Assembly: GCA_963676805.2 (NCBI GenBank)
Contig: CAXXYA010000002.1
Span: forward strand, 795,001 to 819,000
Reading direction: 5' to 3'
DNA: 24,000 nucleotides
DNA from: an uncultured Marinobacterium sp.
Lineage (GTDB): Bacteria > Pseudomonadota > Gammaproteobacteria > Pseudomonadales > Balneatricaceae
A model generated the notes under the pieces. The model had not been told where the DNA came from and did not search any database. It was given only the letters and a program-made list of their open reading frames with translations. The position numbers and the translations under genes are program-made. Below, one piece after another: positions 8,157-16,480 of the stretch. Each line of letters begins with the position of its first letter. Position 1 is the first letter of the stretch.

Positions 8157-10055
8157 ATGCAAGTCTTTATGCCATTGGTGAAGTTAGAAGGCGTGTCGGT
8201 CAGTTTCAGCGCCGCGCCGCTGCTGGACAGGGTAGATTTCCAGATCGATCCGGGCGAGCGGATCGCGCTGGTGGGGCTCAATGGGGCAGGCAAGTCGACC
8301 CTGATGAAGCTGGTTTCCGGTGAAATACAGGTGGACCATGGCTCTGTATGGCAGGATCCGGCCATCCGTGTTGCCAAGCTGCAGCAGATGTTGCCGGCAG
8401 CGGATGAACGGCGTGTGTACGATGTGGTGGCCGAAGGTCTCGCGGATGTGGTTGCGCTGCGTGAGGCGTTCGATGCCTTGTCGCACCAGACCGACGCGGC
8501 TTCGCTGCAGAAGATGGAACACCTGCAACACCAGCTGGAGGCCCGAGATGGCTGGCACCTGGAGCAGCAGGTGCAAACGGTATTGGATCGGCTGGGCCTG
8601 AAGGCCGATACACGCATGGCCGAGTTGTCCGGTGGCTGGCGACGTCGGGCTGCCTTGGGTGCAGCGCTGGTGCAGAAGCCGGACCTGCTGCTGCTGGACG
8701 AGCCGACCAACCATCTGGATATCGAGACCATCGAATGGCTTGAGCAGATGATGCTGGATTTCCGTGGGGCGATCCTGTTTGTCTCGCATGACCGTGCGCT
8801 GGTGGAAAAGCTGGCGACCCGGATCGTGGAGCTGGATCGAGGCAACTTGACCAGTTTTCCGGGCAGCTATGACCGCTATCTCGTCCTCAAGCAGCAACTG
8901 CTCGAAGAGGAAGAGCGCCAGAACGCCGAGTTCGACAAGAAACTGGCGCAGGAAGAGCGCTGGATTCGCCAGGGCATCAAGGCGCGAAGAACCCGTAACG
9001 AAGGGCGTGTGCGTGCGCTTGAACAGATGCGTCGCGAGCGTTCAGGACGGCGGGAGCGGCAGTCCGGCGCCAGCTTTGGCCTTGAGGAGGCGCAGAAATC
9101 CGGCAAGCTGGTTGCGGAGCTGGAAAACGTGTCCATGTCCTATGAGGGCAAGCCGCTGTTGCAGAACTTCTCGCTGAAGGTGCAGCGCGGTGACCGTATG
9201 GGCCTGATCGGCCCGAACGGCAGCGGCAAAAGTACCCTGCTGAAAATCATCCTGGGCCAGTTGCAGCCGGAGTCCGGCAGCGTGCGTCTGGGAACCAAGC
9301 TGGAAGTGGCCTATTTCGACCAGCTGCGCGGTCAGCTCGATCCTGAGAAAAGTGTTATCGATAACGTCTCAGGCGGCCGCGAGAGTATCGAAATCAATGG
9401 TCAAAACAAGCACATCATTGGCTATCTGCAGGATTTCCTGTTCAGTCCCGAACGTGCGCGGACACCGGTCAAGGCACTGTCAGGCGGTGAGTGTAACCGA
9501 TTGCTGCTGGCACGCTTGTTCAGTCAGCCGGCCAACGTGCTGGTGCTGGATGAACCGACCAATGACCTGGATATTGAAACGCTGGAGCTGCTCGAAGAGA
9601 TCCTGCTCAATTTCGATGGCACCATCCTGCTGGTCAGTCATGACCGTCGTTTCCTCGATAATGTCGTGACCAGTTCGGTCGTGTTCGAAGGTGGCGGCCA
9701 GGTGCGCGAATATGTTGGCGGTTACCAGGACTGGCTGCGTCAGCGTCCGGTCAAAAAGGTTGAGCAGGCCGAAAGCAAGCCGGCAAGCAAGCCTGCGGAA
9801 AACAGGGCCGCCAGGAAGCAGAGCAAGAAGCTCAGTTATAAACTGCAGCGAGAGCTGGATCAGCTACCGGCACAACTGGAAGAGGCCGAACAAGCGCTGG
9901 AAGCCTTGCAGGCCGTCGTGGCCGCACCGGATTTCTATGCGGGCGACCACGAGCAGGTGGCGGAAACTCTGGCCCAGCTCCATCAACAAGAGCAGCAGCT
10001 GGAAACGCTGATGGAACGCTGGGTCGAGTTGGAGGCGATGCAGGAGGGGGATTAA
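8157..10055 (+). CDS. uup: ABC-F family ATPase Uup (two ABC domains, C-terminal coiled-coil DNA-binding tail)
   Basis: Collinear with E. coli Uup as recalled. Walker A motifs GLNGAGKST and GPNGSGKST; signatures LSGGWRRRAALG and LSGGECNRLLLA; LLLDEPTNHLD and LVLDEPTNDLD. Linker NAEFDKKLAQEERWIRQGIKARRTRNEGRVRALEQMRRER. C-terminal SKKLSYKLQRELDQLPAQLEE. ATG 8169 (MPLVKLEG..) aligns better with the E. coli N-terminus and is an equally plausible start. Confidence 0.92.
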   Translation: MQVFMPLVKLEGVSVSFSAAPLLDRVDFQIDPGERIALVGLNGAGKSTLMKLVSGEIQVDHGSVWQDPAIRVAKLQQMLPAADERRVYDVVAEGLADVVALREAFDALSHQTDAASLQKMEHLQHQLEARDGWHLEQQVQTVLDRLGLKADTRMAELSGGWRRRAALGAALVQKPDLLLLDEPTNHLDIETIEWLEQMMLDFRGAILFVSHDRALVEKLATRIVELDRGNLTSFPGSYDRYLVLKQQLLEEEERQNAEFDKKLAQEERWIRQGIKARRTRNEGRVRALEQMRRERSGRRERQSGASFGLEEAQKSGKLVAELENVSMSYEGKPLLQNFSLKVQRGDRMGLIGPNGSGKSTLLKIILGQLQPESGSVRLGTKLEVAYFDQLRGQLDPEKSVIDNVSGGRESIEINGQNKHIIGYLQDFLFSPERARTPVKALSGGECNRLLLARLFSQPANVLVLDEPTNDLDIETLELLEEILLNFDGTILLVSHDRRFLDNVVTSSVVFEGGGQVREYVGGYQDWLRQRPVKKVEQAESKPASKPAENRAARKQSKKLSYKLQRELDQLPAQLEEAEQALEALQAVVAAPDFYAGDHEQVAETLAQLHQQEQQLETLMERWVELEAMQEGD

Positions 10056-10492
10056 TCCTCCTCCTTGACTCGGATCGCCAGCACGTCACATTTGGCGCCG
10101 TGCAGCACGCCGTTGGCGGTTGAGCCAAGCAGCAGGGCCAAGCCGTGGCGACCGTGGCTGCCGACGATGACCAGATCGGTGCCCAGCTCTTCGGCCGCAC
10201 GGTGAATTTCGGTTTCGGTGTGGCCGGTCACGATGATCTTCTTGTTGACCGGATAACCGATCTTTTCAGCGTACTTATCCAGCTTGCTGCGGGCATGATC
10301 GTCGAGCTGCTCCTGGATGGTGGTCAAATCCATGGGGACATCCCCGCCATAGGCGAAGCTGAGCGGTTCCACCACATGGATCAGGTTCAGCTCGGCGCCG
10401 AAGGCTTTGGCCATCTGGGTTGTTTTGTCAGCCAGCTGATCTGACTCTTCTGACAAATCCAGAGCCAGCAGGATGCGGGTGTAGATGCTCAT
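10052..10492 (-). CDS. Universal stress protein, UspA family (single Usp domain)
   Basis: 146 aa. MSIYTRILLALDLSEES..., ELNLIHVVEP..., and the C-terminal ATP-binding-type motif DLVIVGSHGRHGLALLLGSTANGVLHGAKCDVL (G-x2-G-x9-G-S/T). SD AAGGA lies 8 nt before ATG 10492. Confidence 0.88.
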   Translation of the reverse strand: MSIYTRILLALDLSEESDQLADKTTQMAKAFGAELNLIHVVEPLSFAYGGDVPMDLTTIQEQLDDHARSKLDKYAEKIGYPVNKKIIVTGHTETEIHRAAEELGTDLVIVGSHGRHGLALLLGSTANGVLHGAKCDVLAIRVKEED

Positions 10493-10662
10493 GCGCGTAA
10501 TCCTTCCTTTGGGTTGCGGTTGGCAACCGATGCGACGTGATGATTTTGATTGCAGGATAGCATCAACCTTAAGTAGCGTCCCCTATCAACATCAACAAAA
10601 AGGCGTTGCGCATTATGCGGATCGGGTCGACAGAGCCGTAATGGTGCGCAGCAATATGAAAC

Positions 10663-10677
10663 GACTGCAGTGCAGTC
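10663..10677. repeat. Perfect 15-nt palindrome GACTGCAgTGCAGTC immediately upstream of the SD of the 10698 gene
   Basis: Directly visible: GACTGCA / TGCAGTC around a central G. It ends 5 nt before GGAGG (10683-10687). Function unknown (operator or leader hairpin). Confidence 0.5.
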
Positions 10678-10697
10678 ATCTGGAGGTTTGGGAAAGA

Positions 10698-11204
10698 ATG
10701 GAATGGCTTATTATCGCCTTTATTATTGCATCTCTGATCGGTTCGGTGATGTGGGTCATGCCAAGTCCGCGTCAACGTTACCAGGCGGAGCTGCGCATGA
10801 GGGCGCGCAAGCTGGGTATCCAGGTTCAGCTGGCTCGGGTAGACCTGCCCAGGGCAAGGGGTGAGATGGAAGCTGAAACGGTGAGTGTACCGGCCTACCG
10901 TTTCATCCGTGACAACCTGGAGCGAGGAGAGCGTGACAACTGGATCAGCTGGCAGGTACACCGGCTCGATACCCTTGATAACACGGGACTACCGGAAGGC
11001 TGGAGCTGGCTCAAGGGGCAGGGAGCGTTGTCGGCAACGGCGCAGGCGCAACTGCTGACGCTGCTCAATGCGCTGCCGGATGATGTGGTCGGTGTCGAAT
11101 CAACCCCGTTACACCTGTCACTTTACTGGCATGAGCAGGGTGAAGCGGATCGACTCGAGAAACTGCATGCGTTGGTTAAACCGTTGCTTGCGCAAAAGGT
11201 ATAA
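10698..11204 (+). CDS. Uncharacterised protein with a single N-terminal transmembrane helix
   Basis: The ORF is open from 10485, but the first ~70 codons look non-coding. ATG 10698 is preceded by GGAGG (10683-10687) and begins directly with a hydrophobic helix, MEWLIIAFIIASLIGSVMWVM, followed by a positively charged stretch and a soluble domain. I recognise no family; ATG 10656 is an alternative start. Confidence 0.6.
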   Translation: MEWLIIAFIIASLIGSVMWVMPSPRQRYQAELRMRARKLGIQVQLARVDLPRARGEMEAETVSVPAYRFIRDNLERGERDNWISWQVHRLDTLDNTGLPEGWSWLKGQGALSATAQAQLLTLLNALPDDVVGVESTPLHLSLYWHEQGEADRLEKLHALVKPLLAQKV

Positions 11205-11209
11205 CCTGC

Positions 11210-11926
11210 TCAGGGCGATTCGTTCAGGTAGTCGTCGAGCGATTCGGCCAGTGCACCAGCGCCCCAGTTGCGTTTGGGTTGTAGCTGGTCGATCGATGCC
11301 TGCAATGCGTCAAGTTTCGGCTGTTTCTGCCGTTGGGGCGCACTGGCTCGGACCAGAACGGCCTTGGCGTGTTTAAGGTGACTCAGCGCCGTATGTCGAT
11401 CGCCCATTTCCAGCAGACGGCTTGCCTGATGCTGGTGAGCATCGGCCACCAGTGAGACGTTCAGCCAGTAGAGTTCCTGTTGGTAGGTGCGCGCCAACTG
11501 TCCGGTCATTTTGCCGGCCTTGGCCATCTGGATGATCAGCTTTTCGGCAAAATTGATATAGATCTGAGCGCGTTTCACCGCTCGGTCACTGTTGAAGCGG
11601 GATTTGTCGGTGCGGCTGCGGTCAGTGGTTTCCTTGAGGTCACTGACCTGGGTCATCAGTTCGGAGTCGGGAGCCAGCAGGCTGATCTCTTCGATCAGGG
11701 CCATGGCGTGCTGGTTCAGCTTGTCGACGATATCCTGACGGCAGCCGCTCTCTTTCAGTACTGCCAGAGCATTCAGGGTGTGTTCGGCCTGGGTCTTGAG
11801 CCAGTCAAGACGTTCGCGCCGGGCTTCCGATTCCTGCTCGCGGGTAGTCAGTACAAAATTCACCACCAGTGCAAGGATGCCGACGCCGGCCAGCATGATT
11901 ACAAGATACAGGTTGTCTCCGAGCAT
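11210..11926 (-). CDS. Uncharacterised N-terminally membrane-anchored, predominantly helical protein
   Basis: The ORF has coding-like GC3 bias. N-terminal helix LYLVIMLAGVGILALVVNFVL, then a long charged helical region (REQESEARRERLDWLKTQAEH...). The track start at 11938 is actually GTG with no SD; ATG 11926 (MLGDNLYLV..) is used here. No family recognised. Confidence 0.6.
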   Translation of the reverse strand: MLGDNLYLVIMLAGVGILALVVNFVLTTREQESEARRERLDWLKTQAEHTLNALAVLKESGCRQDIVDKLNQHAMALIEEISLLAPDSELMTQVSDLKETTDRSRTDKSRFNSDRAVKRAQIYINFAEKLIIQMAKAGKMTGQLARTYQQELYWLNVSLVADAHQHQASRLLEMGDRHTALSHLKHAKAVLVRASAPQRQKQPKLDALQASIDQLQPKRNWGAGALAESLDDYLNESP

Positions 11927-12026
11927 GGTGTTTGGCACTCTGAAAAAAGAACTTATTTATATCAGATACCGGGCAAAATGTAAGCGACTCGCCTGTTCAC
12001 AAGGCTTGTAAAGGCGCAGAGTTCGC

Positions 12027-12055
12027 TTGACGCTGAGCGCACCACACCTTATATA
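12027..12055 (+). promoter_or_regulatory. Predicted sigma70 promoter for topA
   Basis: TTGACG (12027-12032), a 17-nt spacer, then TATATA (12050-12055), about 45 nt upstream of the topA ATG in an AT-rich intergenic region. Sequence pattern only; no experimental support. Confidence 0.5.
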
Positions 12056-12100
12056 TGCTCGCAGTTTCTGTGTTGCCCGTCGTAAAAGGATCCGTATCTT

Positions 12101-14734
12101 ATGGGAAAAACCCTTGTCATTGTCGAGTCACCGGCAAAGGCCAAAACGATCAACAAGTATCTGGGCAGCCAGTATGTGGTCAAATCCAGTGTCGGTCATA
12201 TTCGTGACCTGCCGACCAGTGGTAGTGCCAGCAAGAGTGATCCCAAGGAGCGCGCTCGTCAGGCGGCACTGACTCGCAAGATGTCGCCGGAAGAGAAGGC
12301 TGAGTATAAAAAGAAGAAGGCACATCAGCAGCTGATCGCCCGTATGGGGGTTGACCCTGACCATGACTGGGAAGCGCAGTACGAGATTCTACCCGGCAAG
12401 GAAAAAGTGGTTGAAGAGCTGCGCAAGCTGGCCAAGAATGCCGATGAAATCTACCTCGCAACGGACTTGGACCGCGAAGGGGAAGCGATCGCCTGGCATC
12501 TGCGTGAAGCGATTGGTGGCGATGATGGCCGCTATCGGCGTGTCGTTTTTAACGAGATCACCAAGAAGGCGATTCAGCAGGCATTCGAAGAGCCGGGCGA
12601 CCTGGATCTGAACCGGGTTAATGCCCAGCAGGCACGTCGTTTTCTGGACCGCATTGTCGGCTATATGCTGTCACCGCTGTTGTGGGAAAAAATCGCCCGT
12701 GGTCTTTCGGCCGGACGTGTGCAGTCCGTGGCCGTGCGACTGATTGTCGAGCGCGAACGTGAAATTCGTGCATTCATTCCGGAAGAGTACTGGGAAGTGC
12801 ACGCCGACGCACAGACGGCCACCGAGGCGGCGCTGCGTCTGCAGGTGAGCCGTTTCGAGGGCAAGGCGTTCCGTCCGCTCAGCGCCGAAGAGACCGATGC
12901 GCACCTGGCGCGCCTGCGTTCCGGCAACCTGATCGTCGACAAGCGTGAGGATCGGCCAACCAGCAGCAAGCCATCGGCACCCTTCATCACCTCAACTCTG
13001 CAGCAGGCCGCAAGCACGCGACTTGGCTTCGGCGTCAAGAAAACCATGATGCTGGCACAGCGTCTGTACGAAGCAGGTTACATCACCTACATGCGTACCG
13101 ACTCCACCAACCTTAGCACCGAGGCGGTTGCCGCCTGTCGAGAGTTCATTCAGGAACACTACGGTGACGAATACCTGCCTGAACAGCCGGTCAGCTACAG
13201 CAGTAAGGAAGGTGCCCAGGAAGCGCACGAAGCGATCCGTCCGTCCGAGGTGGCGCTGACGGTGGAACAGCTCAAGGGCATGGAGCCTGATGCGCAGCGT
13301 CTGTACGACCTTATCCGTCGTCAGTTCATGGCCTGCCAGATGACACCGGCGCGTTATACCAGTACCCGTATTCATGTCAGTTGCGGTGACTACGAACTGA
13401 CCACCAAGGGGCGCATTCTGCGTTTCGATGGCTACACCCGTGTGTTGCCGCCAAAAGGGCGCAGTGACGAAGATATCATTCTGCCCGATATCCAGCAGGG
13501 TGAGGCCCTGACCCTGATCGAATTCGAGCCCAGGCAGCACTTCACCAAACCGGCGCCGCGTTACAGCGAAGCGAGTCTGGTCAAGGAGTTGGAAAAGCGC
13601 GGCATCGGCCGGCCATCCACTTATGCGTCGATCATCTCTACCATTCAGGATCGTGGCTATGTGGAGGTGCAGGGGCGCCGCTTCTACGCCTGCAAAATGG
13701 GTGATATCGTCACGGAGCGTTTGAACGAGAACTTCTCCGATCTGATGGATTACAGCTTTACTGCGCGTATGGAGCAGAAGCTGGACGAAGTGGCCCAGGG
13801 CGACACGGACTGGAAGAACCTGCTGAATGACTTCTATCAGGGTTTCACCGGTAAGCTCGAAGAGGCGCATGGTGAAGAGCACGGCATGCGGCCGAATACG
13901 CCTACTTTGACGGATATCGCCTGCCCCGAATGTGGCCGCCCGATGATGATTCGCACCGCCAGTACGGGGGTGTTCCTGGGCTGTTCCGGTTATAACCTGC
14001 CACCGAAGGAGCGTTGCAAGTCCACCATCAACCTGATTCCCGGTGATGAAGTGGTCAGCGTCGATGGTGATGACGAAGAGGAGTCACGCATCCTGCGCAA
14101 CAAGCATCGTTGCAAGCTCTGTGATGCGGCGATGGATTCCTACCTGATCGATGAAAATCGCAAGCTGCATGTGTGTGGTAACAACCCTGACTGCAGCGGC
14201 TTTGAAGTTGAGGCGGGCAGTTTTCGCATCAAGGGCTATGATGGCCCCAGTATCGAATGTGACAAGTGTGGCGCACAGATGCAGCTGAAGACGGGTCGCT
14301 TTGGCAAATTCTTCGGCTGTACCAACAGTGAGTGTAAAAATACCCGCAAGCTGCTGAAGAACGGCGAGCCTGCTCCACCCAAGATGGACCCGGTCCCGAT
14401 GCCGGAGCTGCAGTGTCAGAAGGTGGACGACACCTACGTACTGCGCGACGGCGCCAGTGGTCTCTTTCTGGCGGCGAGCAAGTTCCCGAAAATGCGTGAA
14501 ACACGTGCGCCTTTGGTGAGGGAGCTGATTCCGCACAAGGATGAGATCGATCCCAAGTACGCCTATCTGATGGATGCGCCCCAGCAGGACGCTGAGGGTA
14601 ATCCGGCCGTCATCCGCTTCAGCCGCAAGACCAAGGAGCAGTACGTGATGTCCGAGGTCGAAGGCAAGGCTACCGGCTGGAAAGCGTTTTATCGTGACGG
14701 ACGCTGGCAGGAAGAGCAGGGCAGCAAGCGCTGA
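12101..14734 (+). CDS. topA: DNA topoisomerase I (type IA)
   Basis: 877 aa. Toprim N-terminus [34 protein letters not shown], and the active-site region [10 protein letters not shown]. Three C-terminal 4-Cys zinc ribbons: CPECG..GCSGY..C, CKLCD..CGNNPDC and CDKCG..GCTNSEC. Confidence 0.97.
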   Translation: MGKTLVIVESPAKAKTINKYLGSQYVVKSSVGHIRDLPTSGSASKSDPKERARQAALTRKMSPEEKAEYKKKKAHQQLIARMGVDPDHDWEAQYEILPGKEKVVEELRKLAKNADEIYLATDLDREGEAIAWHLREAIGGDDGRYRRVVFNEITKKAIQQAFEEPGDLDLNRVNAQQARRFLDRIVGYMLSPLLWEKIARGLSAGRVQSVAVRLIVEREREIRAFIPEEYWEVHADAQTATEAALRLQVSRFEGKAFRPLSAEETDAHLARLRSGNLIVDKREDRPTSSKPSAPFITSTLQQAASTRLGFGVKKTMMLAQRLYEAGYITYMRTDSTNLSTEAVAACREFIQEHYGDEYLPEQPVSYSSKEGAQEAHEAIRPSEVALTVEQLKGMEPDAQRLYDLIRRQFMACQMTPARYTSTRIHVSCGDYELTTKGRILRFDGYTRVLPPKGRSDEDIILPDIQQGEALTLIEFEPRQHFTKPAPRYSEASLVKELEKRGIGRPSTYASIISTIQDRGYVEVQGRRFYACKMGDIVTERLNENFSDLMDYSFTARMEQKLDEVAQGDTDWKNLLNDFYQGFTGKLEEAHGEEHGMRPNTPTLTDIACPECGRPMMIRTASTGVFLGCSGYNLPPKERCKSTINLIPGDEVVSVDGDDEEESRILRNKHRCKLCDAAMDSYLIDENRKLHVCGNNPDCSGFEVEAGSFRIKGYDGPSIECDKCGAQMQLKTGRFGKFFGCTNSECKNTRKLLKNGEPAPPKMDPVPMPELQCQKVDDTYVLRDGASGLFLAASKFPKMRETRAPLVRELIPHKDEIDPKYAYLMDAPQQDAEGNPAVIRFSRKTKEQYVMSEVEGKATGWKAFYRDGRWQEEQGSKR

Positions 14735-14772
14735 TCTGCTCGTAATACAGGGACTCAACGAGAGCCGCAATA

Positions 14773-15303
14773 ATGATGAGTGATATCTACGCAGTACGTA
14801 CCAATCAGAAATTGAATTTCGCCCGGCTGCATATCAAGGCACTGGTGCAGGCGCAGGAAACGCCGCAGTGGAGTCAGCATCCTCGTATCGAGTCCTATCA
14901 CGAGTCGGTGCTGTTCTTCATGGCCAGTGGCTATACGTCATTGCTGCGGGAAATTGCCGAAAACTATAATCTGAAAACCGAATCCATCTATCGGTTTGAG
15001 GACCTGCTCGCGCAACTGGATGCGACTGGTCAGGAGTCGCCGGAAGCACGGGAGCTGGAAAATCTTGAACAGGACCAGGGCAGTTGGTTGCACAAGGTCC
15101 TCAAGGCTTACCAGTCCTGCTGGGATGCCTCTGATCGAGCCCTGCAGTCGACAGCCAGAGATGCCAGTGTGTCGGAAATTCATGTCTTGCAGATCAATCC
15201 GGATCATGCGGAAGATCAGGATGTGCTGACTGAATACAACCACTGGTTGCAGGCGTTCCGGGAGTTGCTGGATCGCCTGCGCGCCAATATGCAGGAGTGG
15301 TGA
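14773..15303 (+). CDS. Conserved hypothetical protein, topA-linked (resembles the Pseudomonas PA3010 / DUF6586-type family)
   Basis: 176 aa, soluble and helical. The N-terminal RTNQKLNFARLHIKAL matches my recollection of the RTNQKLYFA.L motif of the ORF that follows topA in Pseudomonas. The position between topA and sulA-lexA also matches. The family assignment is from memory and should be confirmed. Confidence 0.6.
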   Translation: MMSDIYAVRTNQKLNFARLHIKALVQAQETPQWSQHPRIESYHESVLFFMASGYTSLLREIAENYNLKTESIYRFEDLLAQLDATGQESPEARELENLEQDQGSWLHKVLKAYQSCWDASDRALQSTARDASVSEIHVLQINPDHAEDQDVLTEYNHWLQAFRELLDRLRANMQEW

Positions 15304-15313
15304 GGTCAGCTCG

Positions 15314-15733
15314 TCAGTGGCGGACCAGAATGGCTTGAGCGTCGCCCCGGGAGGCGGCCAGATCAAGCTGGTGCAAGGGGGTGGTACGGCCTGGCTCGCA
15401 CCAGGCGATGACCGTATGCGATGTTCCCGCCGATAGTGCCTGTTGGCAGAGCATGAGAGGCTCGTACCTGCCATCCCGGGTGTTCAGGGAAAGAATATGC
15501 CCGGTTGCGGCGCCTGCCTGGATCAACAGTTCACGATTGAGATCAGCGGGCGGATTGATCAGCGTCAGCCAGCGGTTGTCGCGGCTGAGTTGAGTGATCA
15601 TCGGCAGCAGCACCGGGTGCAGAGAGATTCGGTTGTTGTGCAACAGGATCTCGGTGACGCGGCTCGCTTGCGGATCAATGTTGTTGTGGAACGGTGTGCT
15701 GCGGCTAACGTGTGCATAGTTGATGGCAGGCAT
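15314..15733 (-). CDS. sulA: SOS cell-division inhibitor SulA (Pseudomonas-type short form)
   Basis: 139 aa, starting 12 nt downstream of the lexA stop with GAGG 7 nt upstream. Motifs RWLTLINPPADLNRELLIQAG, QALSAGTSHTVIAWCEP and AASRGDAQAILVR parallel Pseudomonas SulA (RWLTLIAPPA..L..AG, ..G.SHTVV.W.EP). lexA-sulA operon context. Confidence 0.8.
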   Translation of the reverse strand: MPAINYAHVSRSTPFHNNIDPQASRVTEILLHNNRISLHPVLLPMITQLSRDNRWLTLINPPADLNRELLIQAGAATGHILSLNTRDGRYEPLMLCQQALSAGTSHTVIAWCEPGRTTPLHQLDLAASRGDAQAILVRH

Positions 15734-15745
15734 GGCTCAACCTCG

Positions 15746-16357
15746 TCAGTGACCTTGCCGAATGACGCCTACCCCCAGGCCTTCGATAATCAATTCCTGT
15801 TCGGACAGGTCGACTTCGATCGGGGCAAAGTCTTCATTCTCGGCAATCAGAAATACTTTGTGGCCATCTCGCTTGAAGCGTTTGACCGTCACATCGTCGC
15901 CGATCCTGGCAACAACAATCTGCCCATCCCTGGCATCGGGTGTTTGGTGGACGGCCAGCAGGTCGCCATCCATGATGCCGATATTCTTCATGCTCATGCC
16001 TTTGACCCTGAGCAGGTAGTCCGCACGCGGACGGAAGAAGTCGGCTGAAATCGTACACTGATCCTCGACATGCTCCTGGGCAAGGATGGGTTCACCGGCT
16101 GCTACCTGACCGATGATCGGCAGGCCTGCAGCGGAAGAGGTGTCCTCGTTGTCAGGCAGGCGAATGCCACGTGAAGTGCCCTTGGTCAACTCGATCGCAC
16201 CCTTGCGAGCCAGAGCTTTCAAGTGTTCCTCGGCTGCATTGGCCGAGCGGAAACCCAGATCGCGCGCAATGTCGGCACGGGTCGGCGGGTAGCCGGTGGA
16301 GTCGATATGCTGCTTGATGCACTCCAGTACTTCGGTTTGTCGTTTGGTCAGTTTCAT
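15746..16357 (-). CDS. lexA: LexA repressor (SOS regulon)
   Basis: 203 aa from ATG 16357. [57 protein letters not shown] is the winged-HTH domain. The VAAGEP Ala-Gly self-cleavage site, GMSM catalytic Ser and VKRF catalytic Lys are all present. The track fuses it to a 613-aa ORF running antisense through dinG, which I reject. Confidence 0.96.
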   Translation of the reverse strand: MKLTKRQTEVLECIKQHIDSTGYPPTRADIARDLGFRSANAAEEHLKALARKGAIELTKGTSRGIRLPDNEDTSSAAGLPIIGQVAAGEPILAQEHVEDQCTISADFFRPRADYLLRVKGMSMKNIGIMDGDLLAVHQTPDARDGQIVVARIGDDVTVKRFKRDGHKVFLIAENEDFAPIEVDLSEQELIIEGLGVGVIRQGH

Positions 16358-16380
16358 AGCGGCCGTACTCAATCGATTTA

Positions 16381-16396
16381 CTGTGATTTTATACAG
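16381..16396. promoter_or_regulatory. SOS box 1 (LexA operator), perfect CTGT-N8-ACAG
   Basis: taCTGTGATTTTATACAGtg matches the gammaproteobacterial LexA consensus CTGT-N8-ACAG with an AT-rich spacer. It overlaps the predicted lexA -10 element. Confidence 0.85.
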
Positions 16397-16413
16397 TGAT
16401 TGTTCAGGGTCAA
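16386..16413 (-). promoter_or_regulatory. Predicted sigma70 promoter of lexA-sulA
   Basis: On the minus strand: TTGACC (16413-16408), a 16-nt spacer, then TAAAAT (16391-16386). The -10 element is embedded in SOS box 1, the classical autoregulated arrangement. Confidence 0.6.
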
Positions 16414-16420
16414 GCATTAT

Positions 16421-16436
16421 ATGTCTAAATATCCAG
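16421..16436. promoter_or_regulatory. Possible second, degenerate SOS box (ATGT-N8-CCAG on +; CTGG-N8-ACAT on the lexA strand)
   Basis: 16 nt with an AT-rich spacer and flanking TA. One half-site keeps CTG and the other has CAT instead of CAG, giving two mismatches in the conserved tetranucleotides. It lies 24 nt from box 1, between the lexA -35 element and the dinG start. Confidence 0.4.
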
Positions 16437-16480
16437 TATTTTGCTAAAATCGCGCCAGTGAACATGAATGGGGGCAGGCT

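Noticed and set aside
10546-10566. TTGAT...ATCAA inverted repeat upstream of usp as an Anr/FNR box (usp genes are Anr-regulated in Pseudomonas)
   Set aside because: The spacer is 11 nt, not the 4 nt of the TTGAT-N4-ATCAA consensus, so it cannot be called an FNR-family site from sequence.
10485-10697. The first 71 codons of ORF 10485..11204, overlapping the usp start
   Set aside because: The composition is not coding-like, the stretch overlaps the usp start codon and promoter region, and it contains the hairpin and palindrome. A GGAGG-preceded ATG at 10698 starts exactly at the TM helix.
12027-12272. An 81-aa ORF overlapping the topA promoter and 5' end
   Set aside because: It starts within the predicted -35 element and runs out of frame over the highly conserved Toprim N-terminus of TopA. 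It has no SD and its composition is implausible.
12992-13882. A 296-aa minus-strand ORF inside topA. Similar cases lie inside other genes: 18589..19557 (helicase), 22232..23101 (hydrolase), 8135..8897 (uup), and 6183..6920 and 7113..7808 (slt).
   Set aside because: All lie entirely antisense to genes with strong, collinear homology. All have the biased R/G/H/Q-rich composition typical of shadow frames in GC-rich genomes. None has a convincing SD.
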